Of a stretch of DNA of 55,218 bases, positions 25,942 to 38,900 are shown piece by piece. Numbering within the stretch: the stretch's first letter is position 1; every line of letters begins with the position of its first letter. Below the pieces are notes generated by a model. That model was not told the origin of the DNA and did no database searches. It was given only the letters and a program-made list of their open reading frames with translations. Origin of the DNA: Dimargaris cristalligena (taxonomy: Eukaryota); NCBI GenBank assembly GCA_003614675.1, contig ML002259.1, forward strand, positions 1 through 55,218. Reading direction: 5' to 3'. The position numbers were made by a program, and so were the translations under genes.

Positions 25942-28900
25942 TATGATAGCTAATCACATAGTTAAACAGCCAGCCATGCTGAGTTGGTAATAGGTGGCTG
26001 GGTCGACCCGGTTTCTTCCCGGGTATTTAATATCAAGTATTTGGGATTGCTCCCCGCTGGCCTAGTTTGTTTTTGTTTATGGCGGCGAGTAGTAAGTAGT
26101 GAGGCCGACATACTCCCTTCACTCCCACTCACCGCCCCCTTTATCTATCTTCCGCCTGACCAATCCCTGTTACTGTTATTTCACATGGACTTGGTCATCA
26201 GTTATTTGCCACCTGAACTCCGATTTGAGTGCCTATTCTATCGGATGTCAGGCATTACCCAAATTATATACCTACTAGCTTCAGCTATTATTATTTACCC
26301 TCCCATAACATCGCATGATAGCGTACATATGGACTACTTTAATATTTATATACACTAGCCTAGCAATGCCAATATAATAAAACGGGCATCATTATTTTCG
26401 TAGACCGTATGTGACACCCAGGAACAATAGGTGGCTCCCCCAATTGACCCTCTTTGGCTGTGATTCCCGAATCGCCTTCTCGTATATTTTTGACTTCACT
26501 TTGGCAATTCAAATGGTGAAGTCGGAATATATACCCGATTTTTCCCTAGATGACTCTCCGCGGAGACTGGACTAAACTGATTTCGACATTGAAAGATTTA
26601 CCTCGGGGGTTCACACTGTTCGTGTTTTACCTGAGAGTCTCAGTGGAGGAGGGAATTCCGCCACATTGCCTATCAGTTTAAACCGGGTTTTCTCCCGGCT
26701 TCTTTCCTTGATCCTGTTTTAGTACATACATGCATGATCCATAATATATAAAGATATATACGGTAAGGCAATTGTCCCCATACCAATGTTCAACACTACC
26801 TGTCTGACAGCTGCTAAACCCCGTTAAACCATTGGATAAAATGATGAGTTCTAATCTTCTAATGCAAATTAAGTTGAAGTTCTAGGTAGAATAGAACTGG
26901 GCTGTAGGCATGTTTCAAATATATATGGGTGAAATTCAAGCCAGCTGTATAAGGTTTTACATAATACGTGTATGGACTAATATATGTGAGAATAGCTTTT
27001 AACCAGTAATATTGGCCTCATCCAATGGATTTTTCATTATACAGCCTGAATGAACTTCTCCCATATGGATACGTACCCCATCATATATTATGAACAGATA
27101 CCACTTAGAAAGTTGTGTCCAAGTAAAGGGTGGCCAAACGGTGGGAAATGGTGTACCAATAATACAGGTATACCATGCTGTGGTTGATTTCCGTGGTAGT
27201 GAGGGAGCTTGTGAGAGAAATCCAGCCCAAGGGTATATAGCTTAGAACTCAACGAGAATGTAAAAATAGGCAGGAGACTGGGGGGGGGGTTCACTGAGAA
27301 GGTCCGGGTCAGTAACCGAATATTCCGCCATTCAATGAAGCTGGCCACTTTCTATTTAGGATTCTTGCTTCCATGATCCAGTAGTAATCCAGTCCTTTAT
27401 GCCATGTTTCATGGTGGTCCCCCCCCTCTCATTCACCCCTTCCTTTTTGTTCCCCCCCCCCTTCCACCACTCTTCCCCCTCCACTAGTCCAACGTAAACA
27501 AATGGCCAAATTAGTCAAGTCGTGACCGGTAATTGGAAACATCGGTACTGGAGGGATACAGTGGTAAATAATACCAACCACTGGTATCCAAAATATTCGA
27601 TGCAGGTAATAATGGAGTCCGCTATTGAGTTTTAGATCGAAGTAAGAAGGAGGGGAAAAAACCTAACAACAAAATATAGATATATCGTCCAAAAGCGGGC
27701 AATGTTCTTCCCACCCTATTTTCTCGGGTTACCAAATGGTCACTTGCTCGTAACCAAAGGAATCTGACAGTGTGGTGGTATGACACACTCACACACACCT
27801 TACACCCGCCCATACATTCAAACATTCGTACATTCACTCGCCTTTATTGGTGCCATTTGCAAATAAGGAATGCCCTACCGTACATATCCCCCCTAAACTG
27901 TACCCGAAGGACGGCAACGAATCACTGGCCCCGGAGAATTCGGGCCTTGCAGCACCAGGCAGTTGGGTGGCCATGACCAACAAGACACATCATCCATCAC
28001 TTACCCAGCCACCGCCTCCTGTGTAATGGCAATGGGCTGCTGTAATTAAAAAGGGCATGTACACGCTTTATCTATCCAATAATTTAAAATAACTGTAGCC
28101 GAGTAGGCAGTATTTGAGCGGGATGAAAATGATTAATTAGCTAGTCACAAGTCTCGCCAGATAATCCAACCGAAAGAGTGGGAGTGAGAAACCATGAATA
28201 CCCTACCATTCCACCAAAAACCAGACTGACGTAAACAGGGATTATTTCATCAATTATGCCTAAAATAGGCTATTTCATTTTACTATAAAAAAATGCCGTG
28301 GGATTACAGGCCCCCGGGGGTTTAGCCGTACCCCCGTATGTTTCCTGTCAATGGCGCTCACCAAACTAGTGGAACCGCTGGTAATGGGGCAGACTGGGGC
28401 TGTAGGGGCCCCCAGATATGGTAACCATATGTGAGAGAATCGGCTCGCCAGGCGGCTGAAGGCGTCCGGGAAAGGATTGTCACTACACAGTGGGCGAACT
28501 TGACTAACTGATTGACTATATTTACGATTTCCCTCCCCCTCCAGTAGAATTATGCAGACCCGTAGACTACGTTGGACTCGTGTTGCTACAATGTAAGCTG
28601 GTTGGTTTTAGATATGTTATATAGGGCGGTAATTGGCCTGAAGTAGATAGGAAACCTAGCTGCATTTTATTGTCAACCATTAACTGGTTTTCCGTGGACT
28701 ATGGCGGAAAAGGGTAAATGTTAATGTCTTATCGGCTAATCAATGACTCGAGACACTGCATAATTATTGGCTGTAGAAATGTAAAATGGAGAAGGTGATG
28801 ATCCCCAGATTGCTGGATTGCAAAGTTGCAGTCGTTAATTTGGATTAGGCGAAGGTATATTGTATATGTATGGGTTAGGAGCCGTGGGCGGGTGGAGTTG

Positions 28901-30958
28901 GATGTGATTTGGGATACCTCCGTTATTTTGTGAGTAATTGGTAAATACTGGAGTTCTTATGGAAGAGGCACCCACCAGCTGTTAGCAACTATCCGTGGGC
29001 GGGGGTCGAGAACAGAGCAGGGGAGAGAAGATTAGCTACGGCCGAAGAAACCGCATCCTTGGTATGGGGTGGACCATTCATTGAGATGAATTGACAGGGC
29101 GAATCGGTGTGCTGGTCCGATTGACACGGTCTGTCGTTTATAAGGGCCGATGGTACTGAATGGTCAGATTGGAGGGAAAGTGGGAGAATGGGGGAGAAGA
29201 GGGGATCAAGGAGAGTGGGCCAGGATGCTCTTCTCTCCGCAAGTAGGGACGGGGGCACACAGCTGGCCAATTTAAGGGAGGGGTGTGAAGGGCCAAAGAT
29301 AACCCAATCCCCCCTCCTCTATGGCCATCTCCCACAATGATTCATCCGAATAGCCCCAGTGGGTGTAGTAATATATAATACATGATGTGAAGGGGAAAGT
29401 GAAAGAAGGGTATGTGTCAATGTCAATGTCAATATTCGTAAGCATGAGTACCACTACTATACAATATTCCTTGGTCATTGAACCTCCTGGTCTTCGCAAG
29501 CCACACACACACTGCATCCGTTTCGCTTGATGGCTGGAGAGGCGAAAGAGAATCCAGCCCACCGGGAGGTGTTACATGTGCTGTATGCAAGTATTGACAC
29601 ATGGCCTGGTCGGAGGAAAGGCGAAGGGCAGCAGCATGCCCAGTCGGAAATCAATCTACAGCACACTTCCCCCGCCCTTGTCTGTCTCTCCCACTCCCTT
29701 TCTCCCTCTCCCCTCTGGCTATATGCTACTGTGACCTCACCCCATTCCACTGTATGCGTGACATCCAGATTTCGTTGTATGCGGCTGTCGTTAAATTTGG
29801 TATAAATGAGCACGTTGCCGCTCTCTATGAAGTCTGGTTCTCTTTCTCTCTTCTTGTGCCCTGGTTCCTGCTCTATTTCTCACTCTATCTCTCGCTCTCT
29901 CTATATCCCTCGCTCTGTCGATCGTCCTCCTGCTGGCCCCTGTTGAGTAAACCGGTCGTCGAATCCGTGTGGTATCGCGAATCCTCTGTTGTTGGCTTAC
30001 CCATGCCTTTGGCTTGATTGTTTTCCGAGGGACCTGGGTGCATATCATCCCGCCACGTCAACCCCATTCTCCCTTTTCTTTGGCCCCGGGCCCGCATACC
30101 TGCCTAATTATTTGCATTGGTGCACTATTCTGTTGGACCCCTCCCCCTTTCCTCGCCACGTCAGAAGAGACCCAAGCTTGTGGCTATATCCCCCTCTCTT
30201 CTATTGTATATCCTCTCGTCCGCGTCGGTACATGTCCCGGAGCCCCCCCACGAACCATCTGCCATCGGCTCTTCCCTACGACATCCAATCGGCGCCCACT
30301 CAGTGGCGACGTTGAGTAGCCAACCCCACGTTGTCTTTCATTCATTATCGTTGGATAATTTTATTTTCAGACTATATTATTCTCAGTATCTCCTCTGGCT
30401 CAGATGCCTCTGGGGGGTGGTGTTTATAGTACTTAATCAGTGGGCATATTCGGAATTTCTGTCTCCCCTTTTTTCTTCGGCTTGGAATGCGTCACATTCT
30501 TAGACTGAATCAGTGAATATCACTTGCCTATATAAATCTATTAAGCACTCCTCCTCCTCCTTAAGACTCCTCCAGGTGGGCTCCGCGTCTTTCTCTCTCT
30601 CTCTCTCTCTTTCTCTTTCCGGTCCCCCAAGTGCGTCATATCCCCATTCCATGTCCCCTCACTTCCTAATTCGGCTCCACTATTTTTATCCTATTTCCTC
30701 CGTTCTTTTTTGTCGCAGCTCCACGTCGTACTATCCCTTATTCCCCCTATCTCGAATCCTTTCGCCCACTGCCCTGATTTTTTTTTTGGGGGTGGTGCGT
30801 ATCTGTTGTATGTCAGCAACTTGCTTTCTCTCACTGCTTGACGTCTTGGCTGCTTAAGTTTTTTTATTGGGTATTGCTAACCTCTCCCAGGGTGCCCACA
30901 CTCTTATTATCCTTGTCCCTTTCCTTTATCTACTTTTTCCTTCTCAGTGCCCGCAGTG

Positions 30959-32513
30959 ATGGCCGGCTCCAAGCGGCCACACCCGGCCGGTATGGCTGCC
31001 GATGCCCTGTCAGTATCCCCAGAGCTGGGGCCTGCCCCCTTTCAATTTGCTAATAGAAGACCTAGTGATGCTGGCCCCCCCTCCGAAGGGGGAATGAACA
31101 GCCTCTTGTCCTTTCTTCAGACCCTACCACAGTATCACGAATACCGGTTTGAGCTGGTTATTGTTCAGCAACCCATCCGTGCCCGCATGTGTGGTTTTGG
31201 GGACAAGGACCGTCGGCCATGTACCCCTCCCCCAATCCTCAAACTGCTAGCCTTTGACCGGAACAACCAGCCTGTAGACACCGAGTAAGTAGCTCCCACT
31301 TATTGTTCCCCGCCGGTTTAATGCTTGAGACAGGCCATTTATTATCAGCGGCGTTCCTGGTCCACGCTGCACTTTTCTTTGTCAATGGCTGATATATTGG
31401 TCCGTAAATATGGTTAAAGAATTCGCCTTTATCATCATCATCATCATCATTATCATTATCATTATTATTTAAAGGCACACCGGGGGTCGTGATTAAATCC
31501 AACTGGTTGTATGCTACCAGAGTGGTATGGGCTGATTTACCAAAGGGATGCACTATACGCACCTCAAACCTGCCCATTCTCACCTATATATATGCCTCCC
31601 GGTTGCTCGGAAGGTTTATATGGCATACTATTTCATTGACTCGCCTTCTCGCCACACTTTAAACGGGGTACCGGTATTACTGAAGTGTGGTGCAATTCCG
31701 CCTTCTGTTCCCCCCTCCGCTTTTATTAATTCATCCTAACAATCCCGTTGCTATCGGATGTTTGCTTCCCCCTCTCAACAACACAGAAAAAAACTCACAC
31801 CCACGTGCTATATACGGTTACTGTTGACGTCTTTCACCCCCCTCCCTATTTTTACCATTCCCTCTAGGTCCATTGATAAGTCGTTTCTCGTTGTCCATGT
31901 GGATCTCTGGTCGGCTGACCGACAAACCCAACAGAATCTGGTCCTTCACCCTTCTCTTGGCCAAAATCTAACCGCTTCTGGGGACGAATCGCCCGGGGCT
32001 TCGGGTAGCGGGCCAATGTATTCTGTCATGTCCAACGATATGTCTCAATCTTCCCCCCTATCTTCCCCCTCTAATCCTCGGCCACAACCCATCTCCCCGC
32101 CTTCTACTGGACTTGTCGCCTCCGCTCGGAATTCTTCCAAAATGATGGAAATCCGTAACCTCATCGGGTCACCCGCCACTTCAGCCTGCAAGCTGTATGA
32201 TACTGATGGCAAATTGGGTATCTTCTTTATATTCCAGGACCTGTCCATTCGGACCGAGGGTACCTTCACTCTTAAGTTCTCCTTCGTTGATATTGGAACA
32301 TCCCAACATCAGCTCAATTCCGGAAAGGACTGTGTGCGCTTCCAAGTATTCTCGGACCCATTCACAGTCTACTCGGCCAAGAAGTTCCCTGGTATGATTG
32401 AGTCGACTCCCCTGTCCAAATGCTTTGTTAAGCAGGGCATTAAGATTTCCGTACGCAAGGAGAGCGGGGGTCGATCTAGTAGGCATGATACGGATATGAT
32501 GCACGAAAATTGA
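30959..32513 (+). CDS. velB: Velvet-domain regulator, VelB-like; exons 30959-31284 and 31868-32513 (5' end could extend via the acceptor at 30947)
   Basis: LVIVQQPIRARMCGFGDKDRRPCTPPPILKL, RNLIGS, GIFFIFQDLSIRTEGTFTLKFSF and FSDPFTVYSAKKFPGMIESTPLSKCFVKQGIKI. The velvet domain is split by a S/P-rich insertion and has a short C-tail, as in VelB. Confidence 0.85.
31430..31470. repeat. (ATC)n/(ATT)n microsatellite in the velvet intron
   Basis: atcatcatcatcatcatcattatcattatcattattattt. Confidence 0.8.
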
Positions 32514-35474
32514 CCTTGCTATACGCTTACTACCCATTCCCGATTTGTAGTGTAGTTTAACTCTAGTACCGTGTCATCGTCCACATCTAATCACACCCTT
32601 CTTCTATCACTGGCGTCTTATTAATCACTAGTTTCGCCCATTTACTGCGTGTAGTGAGTTTGGCTTAGCCCAGTTCATTGCATGGCTTATGCAAGTAGAT
32701 ATTGACGTTCACTTAGCCCCCTTTCCCGTTTTCTAATTCTTGTATCTATAATGCATATTTTTTATATTTTTTTTTCGGTGGGACCTGAGCATTATTCTAA
32801 TCCAAGATGCTCGTTTTGTTTAAAAAAGAAAAAAACATTTCCCACACAATCCACTTTTTAAAAACCGATATTTCTCGGTATCTTATTTATTACGGACCTT
32901 TTTTAAAAACTAATCTTACAACGGCGAAGTGCATCCGAATCATACTATCTTGGTTAGCCTCTGATCCAGTGCAAATTGCCATTAAATTATCAGCTTTTTA
33001 TGTCGTTTCGAAATAATCAACCTAACGCGTCTTGAGGTAATAATTTGGCACTGCCAATCTTCCCGTGCATCTTTTACAGCGAGATAGTGCGGCAATTCAT
33101 GTCTGCCAATATTCCAATTTGATCGCTAAGAGGCTCTATAATCTTATGGTTTACTTTTTTATTATTAAATAGTGTAGCGGGAGAAGTAGCGCCCGATGGA
33201 CTGGGTCGCAAGGATGACGTTTCTGCCTAGACGTTTCACTGAGAAGGTACTTGAGGTAGTTTTAGCGGGGCTGCCCATATGAGGTGCGTGGGCCTTCACA
33301 TGTTGCTGAAAGTGTGTGGGCACATTTTATTGGGCCTTTTGGATTGGATGGCGACATTTGCTGGGCTTAATATTTAAGTGGGCATGTGTGAACATCGTGA
33401 GACTCCCCAACCACTGGCTATAATGCGGTACGCTATCGGATCTAGCGTTGTAATATATGTTCGCCTTATTCTTATATTACCTAGTTCCCAAGCAGAATGG
33501 GCACATTCCACTTATATCTCTCCTCGATGTCGACACTTTGTTGGTCCTAACTACCATTGGTAACCAAAGCTGTGTCGCACCAATTAACCAGCCGGCAGGA
33601 GAGAGGGTGCTGGCGCGCGTGGAGTCGAATAATATATGGTGAGTGCTTCTCTTAGACGTCATTGGTGTGGGCATAGACCAATACTGCCAAGCTGATCTGG
33701 GTTAAAATGCTACGGAAGAAAAGCTCGGTTCAGTTGTATTGCAAAAGATAACACAGTCTGGATCGAATTTTACTAGTTTGAGAAATACCCAGCCAGCTTT
33801 CCATTGTAAATTTCATTTGTGCCTTAATATGGCCGGGTTAGATTTCACCCATATCCACAAGCGGAGCATCTCTTATTGATAGATAGGCCCCTATTTCCTC
33901 TTATTTGCATGGCACCTAGTCACCTGGGCATCCATCGGGTGTATTTTTCACCATGGAATTTAAGTGATTTTAAAGGCAGATATAATACTCAGGTATATAT
34001 ATATAGGGAGAGAGTGAATTGGGGTATTGGGTGTGGGAGTCATATAAAGGCCGCTGCAAATATTGGTTAACGATATTATATCCCCTATTGCTCGCGGTTT
34101 CAACAACAGTGACTAGAGTACATAATTTTATTTTGAATAATACAGGTTTTTGGTTTATTTCCTAAAATTTCACAAGTTTGATTTGTGAACCCATATAACC
34201 CACTGAGAGGGGGGGGACTCAAAAACCCACACCAAGAAAAACAATAATAATAAAACGACCACAACCAAATAGCCAACTTTCAGATGGGGCGAGAATGTGA
34301 GACGAGGGAACACTATTATAGGCTCCCACATGCTCAATTGGCCTACTCAATAGCCCCTCCCCCATCCGTGATCAAATTTAAAGGGCGAATTCTATAATAG
34401 GAGAGTCTGTGGCGCAAATACATTGTTCAACTATAGCGATAAGATACGTTCACATTGGGGTTTTTTTTATAATTGCTAGGGCATTCATTCTCCACCATGG
34501 TTGCTTCCTGTACTCATGTATCGCTCTTATATCAGACTTTCCGTTGCTCGCATGTTTAGATTAATGCAGGGCCGAGCCACCCATCGTCCCAAATTAGTAT
34601 ACTGCAAATAATTATATATATATCTCTCTGATAAAACAAGCGAGTGAGCCAATAAATTATTGACAGAATTGAAATCGTTTTGACCTTTTCCCTTAAAATC
34701 AGAGTAAGGTAGCTCTTGATCAACTAGTTTTGATTGACCGGAATGTCGAAAGGCAATGTGTCTTCGTATAGAGTGGATTTTCAACTGCTGTCCACCGATT
34801 CACAGACTCGACCATTCTCCAGAGCGGCCAAGTTGATCAGCTTTACTATTGGGCCATGATATTTATCCGGAAGTATAGCATCGATGATACCCAGGCTGGG
34901 CCGCCATTTAGTTCATTAAAAATAAACCATTGATAATCCCAGAATAAAACACCTGCCCTGCAGCTTATACACCTAGCGGTTAAATCATTCGCCAGTGGCG
35001 GCCATTCTGACACCTTAGATACCCTCCACCACCAGCAATGCCCAGCGAAGCCCAGTGTTCCATCCCACAGGTTCGACACACTTTCCCCGTATCCCCCCGG
35101 CGACGACGGCCTTCATAGGTATAGTGATGGCTCAGTAGTTCTATCTACTTCTAATCTTTTACGGCGGGATATCCATTTATCTTGGCACCCATCCACCCAC
35201 GTATGGGTTAAATTATGTCAAAACCAATATTGTTTGAAGGCTGATCAAAATGTATATATTGAAACTGAAACAAATAAAAATAATAAGAATTGTTATGAAA
35301 TAATAATCAAATAAGAAGGGGTAGTTGGGCGAGTAAAGAAATAGTAAACCATATTGGGGAAAAGGGAGCCACATAGCTTAAATAAAACCAATTAACGGAC
35401 TCATAAGCCACACCCCTCTTTACAGCGCCACGTTAGTCCACCTTCTAATAATTTTTTGGAGGGTTGAACGGCAA

Positions 35475-37668
35475 TTACCAGGTGGGGCGTGAGAACTGCT
35501 TCGCCATCTCCAACACCTTCCACCCATTGGTAACGGGGTTAGCCAGATCGTCGGGATCCTTAGTTAGCACCATCGCGTACGCGACCATTTCGATGTGGTC
35601 CTCCTTGCCGAACATAATCTCACCCGACACCCGGTTCCGGAAAACCATGACCTCCTGGGTGTTAAACGATAGAACAATCACGGGTACGTCATTTTCCAAT
35701 ACTTTAGCCGTGACCATATCGACTCGGCGGATATCGAGTACCCGGGAATCGCTAACCAAGCCCTGTTGGATCTGAGCTTGGATACCGGCGGACAGGACAT
35801 TGAAGGTGGCTTCGGAGCACCACATTTTCAGGGAGTCCACATCACTAGATAAATAGGCGTCAATCACTTCGGGGATGATGTATTCGCGCGCTTCGTGGAG
35901 GAACCGACCCACGTTGAAACTGGGGTCCAGGGTTTGTTTAAAAATACGCAGGGCCTGGGCCGATTCGGACTCGGAAAAAATGGAGGTGAAGGTATCCGAC
36001 ACCCGGTCAGTAATAGACCGGGTCATGGCGATCAGAGGGTTTTCGCTGTCTTCAAAGCCCTGGCGAGCACGGAAAAGACCTGTATTTAGAATGGGAAGTA
36101 AGGTTGGATAAGGGAATCGTGGAGTATAATCAGGGGGGAAGATGTGAATAAAAGGAGCTATCAGCGATATAGGGCTTATGCTTATAGTAATGGACCAGGG
36201 TTCAGTCAAGGTGGGCGGTATTCGCCAGAACCGGAATCCGGGAGATTGGATACTACAGTCTTATGAGAATCCAACGTGAATAGGGTTGTACTACCTTAAA
36301 CCTAATAGTGTGGGAATGGGGGGAGGTTGCACAACTTACCTTGCATAACTGTATTATTCTCCTTGAAACTGTCCCAGCTGGCCTTCCATTTGGAATCCTT
36401 ATGCATCACTACTGAGGAACCAGCACTAAGTGGTTGAATTATAAAATAACCGATTGCAGCACACCATCATCGACGAAAACAGATACGCATCATAAATTAA
36501 ACAAAAGATAGAATACGGCTAGCCAGTGTTTAAAATATACGGTTATAGAAAATGGTATTCTGAAATAATGGGGGGTGATCTAGATGGGCTATTACTACCA
36601 CCCGAGTGTCAATAACGGCCCTTTCCTCCCAGTCTGGCTATTTGATCGAAACACCGTGGCGATAGCTTCTACCAATTCGATCAATCAGAAAAAATTTAAC
36701 GGTGTATAGACTTCCATGAAAAATAATTAAAGTCTGGTACTTACTTGGGGTCGGCAGTTACCCGTTGAGCCGACTTACGGTGGGGATCGTTGGCCCATTC
36801 TTCCCGTAACCGTTTACGTTCTTCTTTTGACCGGTAGCCACCGTACTGCGATGTACCGTCGTCCACGAATGTCTTGACTTCTTTGGTCACTTTTTGGTAT
36901 GTTTCGGTTTTGCGGATGGGCTCCGTAGCAGCCGATACGGTGCTTGAAACGGCGTCGGCCGTTTTCTTAACCTGGATTGACGAACATGCAAAAATAGAAT
37001 AATTACGGTGTGGGTTAGTTAAGAATGTCCGGGGATTCACAACGCCTATAAATCCACAGAGCCTAGCTTAAAGACTCTGAAATGAGGCGAACGCCATAAC
37101 CGCTAAGTATATACACCAGACCCCCTATAACCAACGGTTACTCTCACCCCATCATATAATAAAATTCAGCGCCACTTACCGCCTTTTTACTAATTTTAGC
37201 AGCCTCGGTCTCGCTGATGTCCTTGTAGGTTTCGTGGACCGACTTGCCAATTCGCCCGGCTGCCTCCTTGATTTTCTCGGAATGCACCGAGGTCGTTTCG
37301 TTCGCCTTATTAAACGCATCCTTGGCGCGCTTCATCGCCTCCGATTCGGCGATTTTCGACCCCTCGTCCTGCAGGAGTTTGACGTTATCTTTGAATTCAT
37401 TATTCTGCTTGACCTGACGCTTGATAGATTCAATGAAAATGGCCACGGGGCTCTTGTTTTCCCCGCGATTCCAAGTAGCATGGCTGCTCGAGAAGCATCG
37501 GCGACCCTCGCTGGAGGGAACACCGGCAGCGGACAGGTGATGCAATAGGAGGGGGGACGGGACCGAGTAAATGGGGCGAGACCGGGTGGTGGCGACAATG
37601 AGCCGGTGGGAATGGACCGAGACCGACTGGAGGGTCCGGGTTGGTCGAAGGGCGTGGCGTAATGTCAT
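35475..37668 (-). CDS. TIM44: Mitochondrial import translocase subunit Tim44; exons 37668-37180, 36971-36745, 36425-36340, 36079-35475
   Basis: Presequence, FIESIKRQVKQN, YGGYRSKEERK, ESENPL-like FEDSENPLI, DPSFNVGRFLHEAREYIIPEVIDAYL...LKMWCSEATFN and NPVTNGWKVLEM. Confidence 0.93.
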
Positions 37669-38900
37669 GATTTAGACTGGGGCGAGTAGACACGTAGATA
37701 GATGTGGGCGTGATTCAATAAATTGCGAAAGTGGGGAGATTCAATGGTTAATCAGAGAATAGCAAGGGAATGGGGAATGAAGACCGAGTGAGTAGAGATG
37801 GACTCGAAGTTGGATCTCATTAGCGAACCAGGGTGATCGAACTACAAGGAATGAAAAACCATCTGCGGTGGTAAGAGAGCGTCTTACTTTACTGGGCTGA
37901 CCATACTGTGACGAGAGCCATTCTTTTGGTGGACTTTTGGTTACGAGTCATTTTACCCAACAGCACCGTGCCGCAGTAAAACCAGCCACTCATATCTCCC
38001 CTCTTTTACTTATGCAATTTATTATTAAACAAATGAGAGGGGGATATATATATATATATATGGGAGAAGTTCATCCAAGCTGTATAACGAAAAATCCATT
38101 TGATGAGGCAAGTACTACTGGTTGAAAATAAACATCCCACCAATTTTCCTATACACATACCGGTTAAAACATACAACCAAGCTGAACTTCACCCATATGT
38201 ATATAATGGGACTGTTTCTGCTTCCAAACCTATATAAATGAGGTAACTTTATCCACCTGACTACCAGCTTCTCTAACCACACCATTTTCACCTGGCGCAT
38301 GAGGTCGACGATAAAATATATCCCAGTCATTGGTGCAGTATGTACGAGGACCCAACCAATCATTTTACTAAGCACTACCTCTGGTTTAAGCCGACCATGA
38401 AGTGGCCATGGCTAACTCAACGGAAATAACTAGGGTATAAAGAATAGCATCTCGGGCCAAAACCATGTGTAGGTGTCGGCTAGTTTACTATATTATCTGC
38501 ATTTGTAAAACAAAAGAGAGGTCAAGGTACAATATTAGAATATCGCATGTAATACCTTCCAGCAACTCTCATCATGCTCCTTGGTGGTGCCTCTTGCCTC
38601 ATTCTAAATAGTTCTACAGGGGTTTTCTAATTAGTGAATTTTATAAATTACTTTACAAGGGGGGGGGATAGGGTGATGCAACATATTGGATAATATGGAA
38701 ATGGGAATACGGTCAAGATATGATTCATAAACTGGGCGAACCGACGCTGTTGGAATATGTAAATATATATATGTAGCTACTGCAAATGGACTATAGACCA
38801 CGGGTTGCTAGGGCACGGCTGTTAATACGGAATTAGTGGAGGGCATTTTCTGATAGGGGCATTGGTGTAAGAACTTGGTGACCACAACCTTCGACTACAC

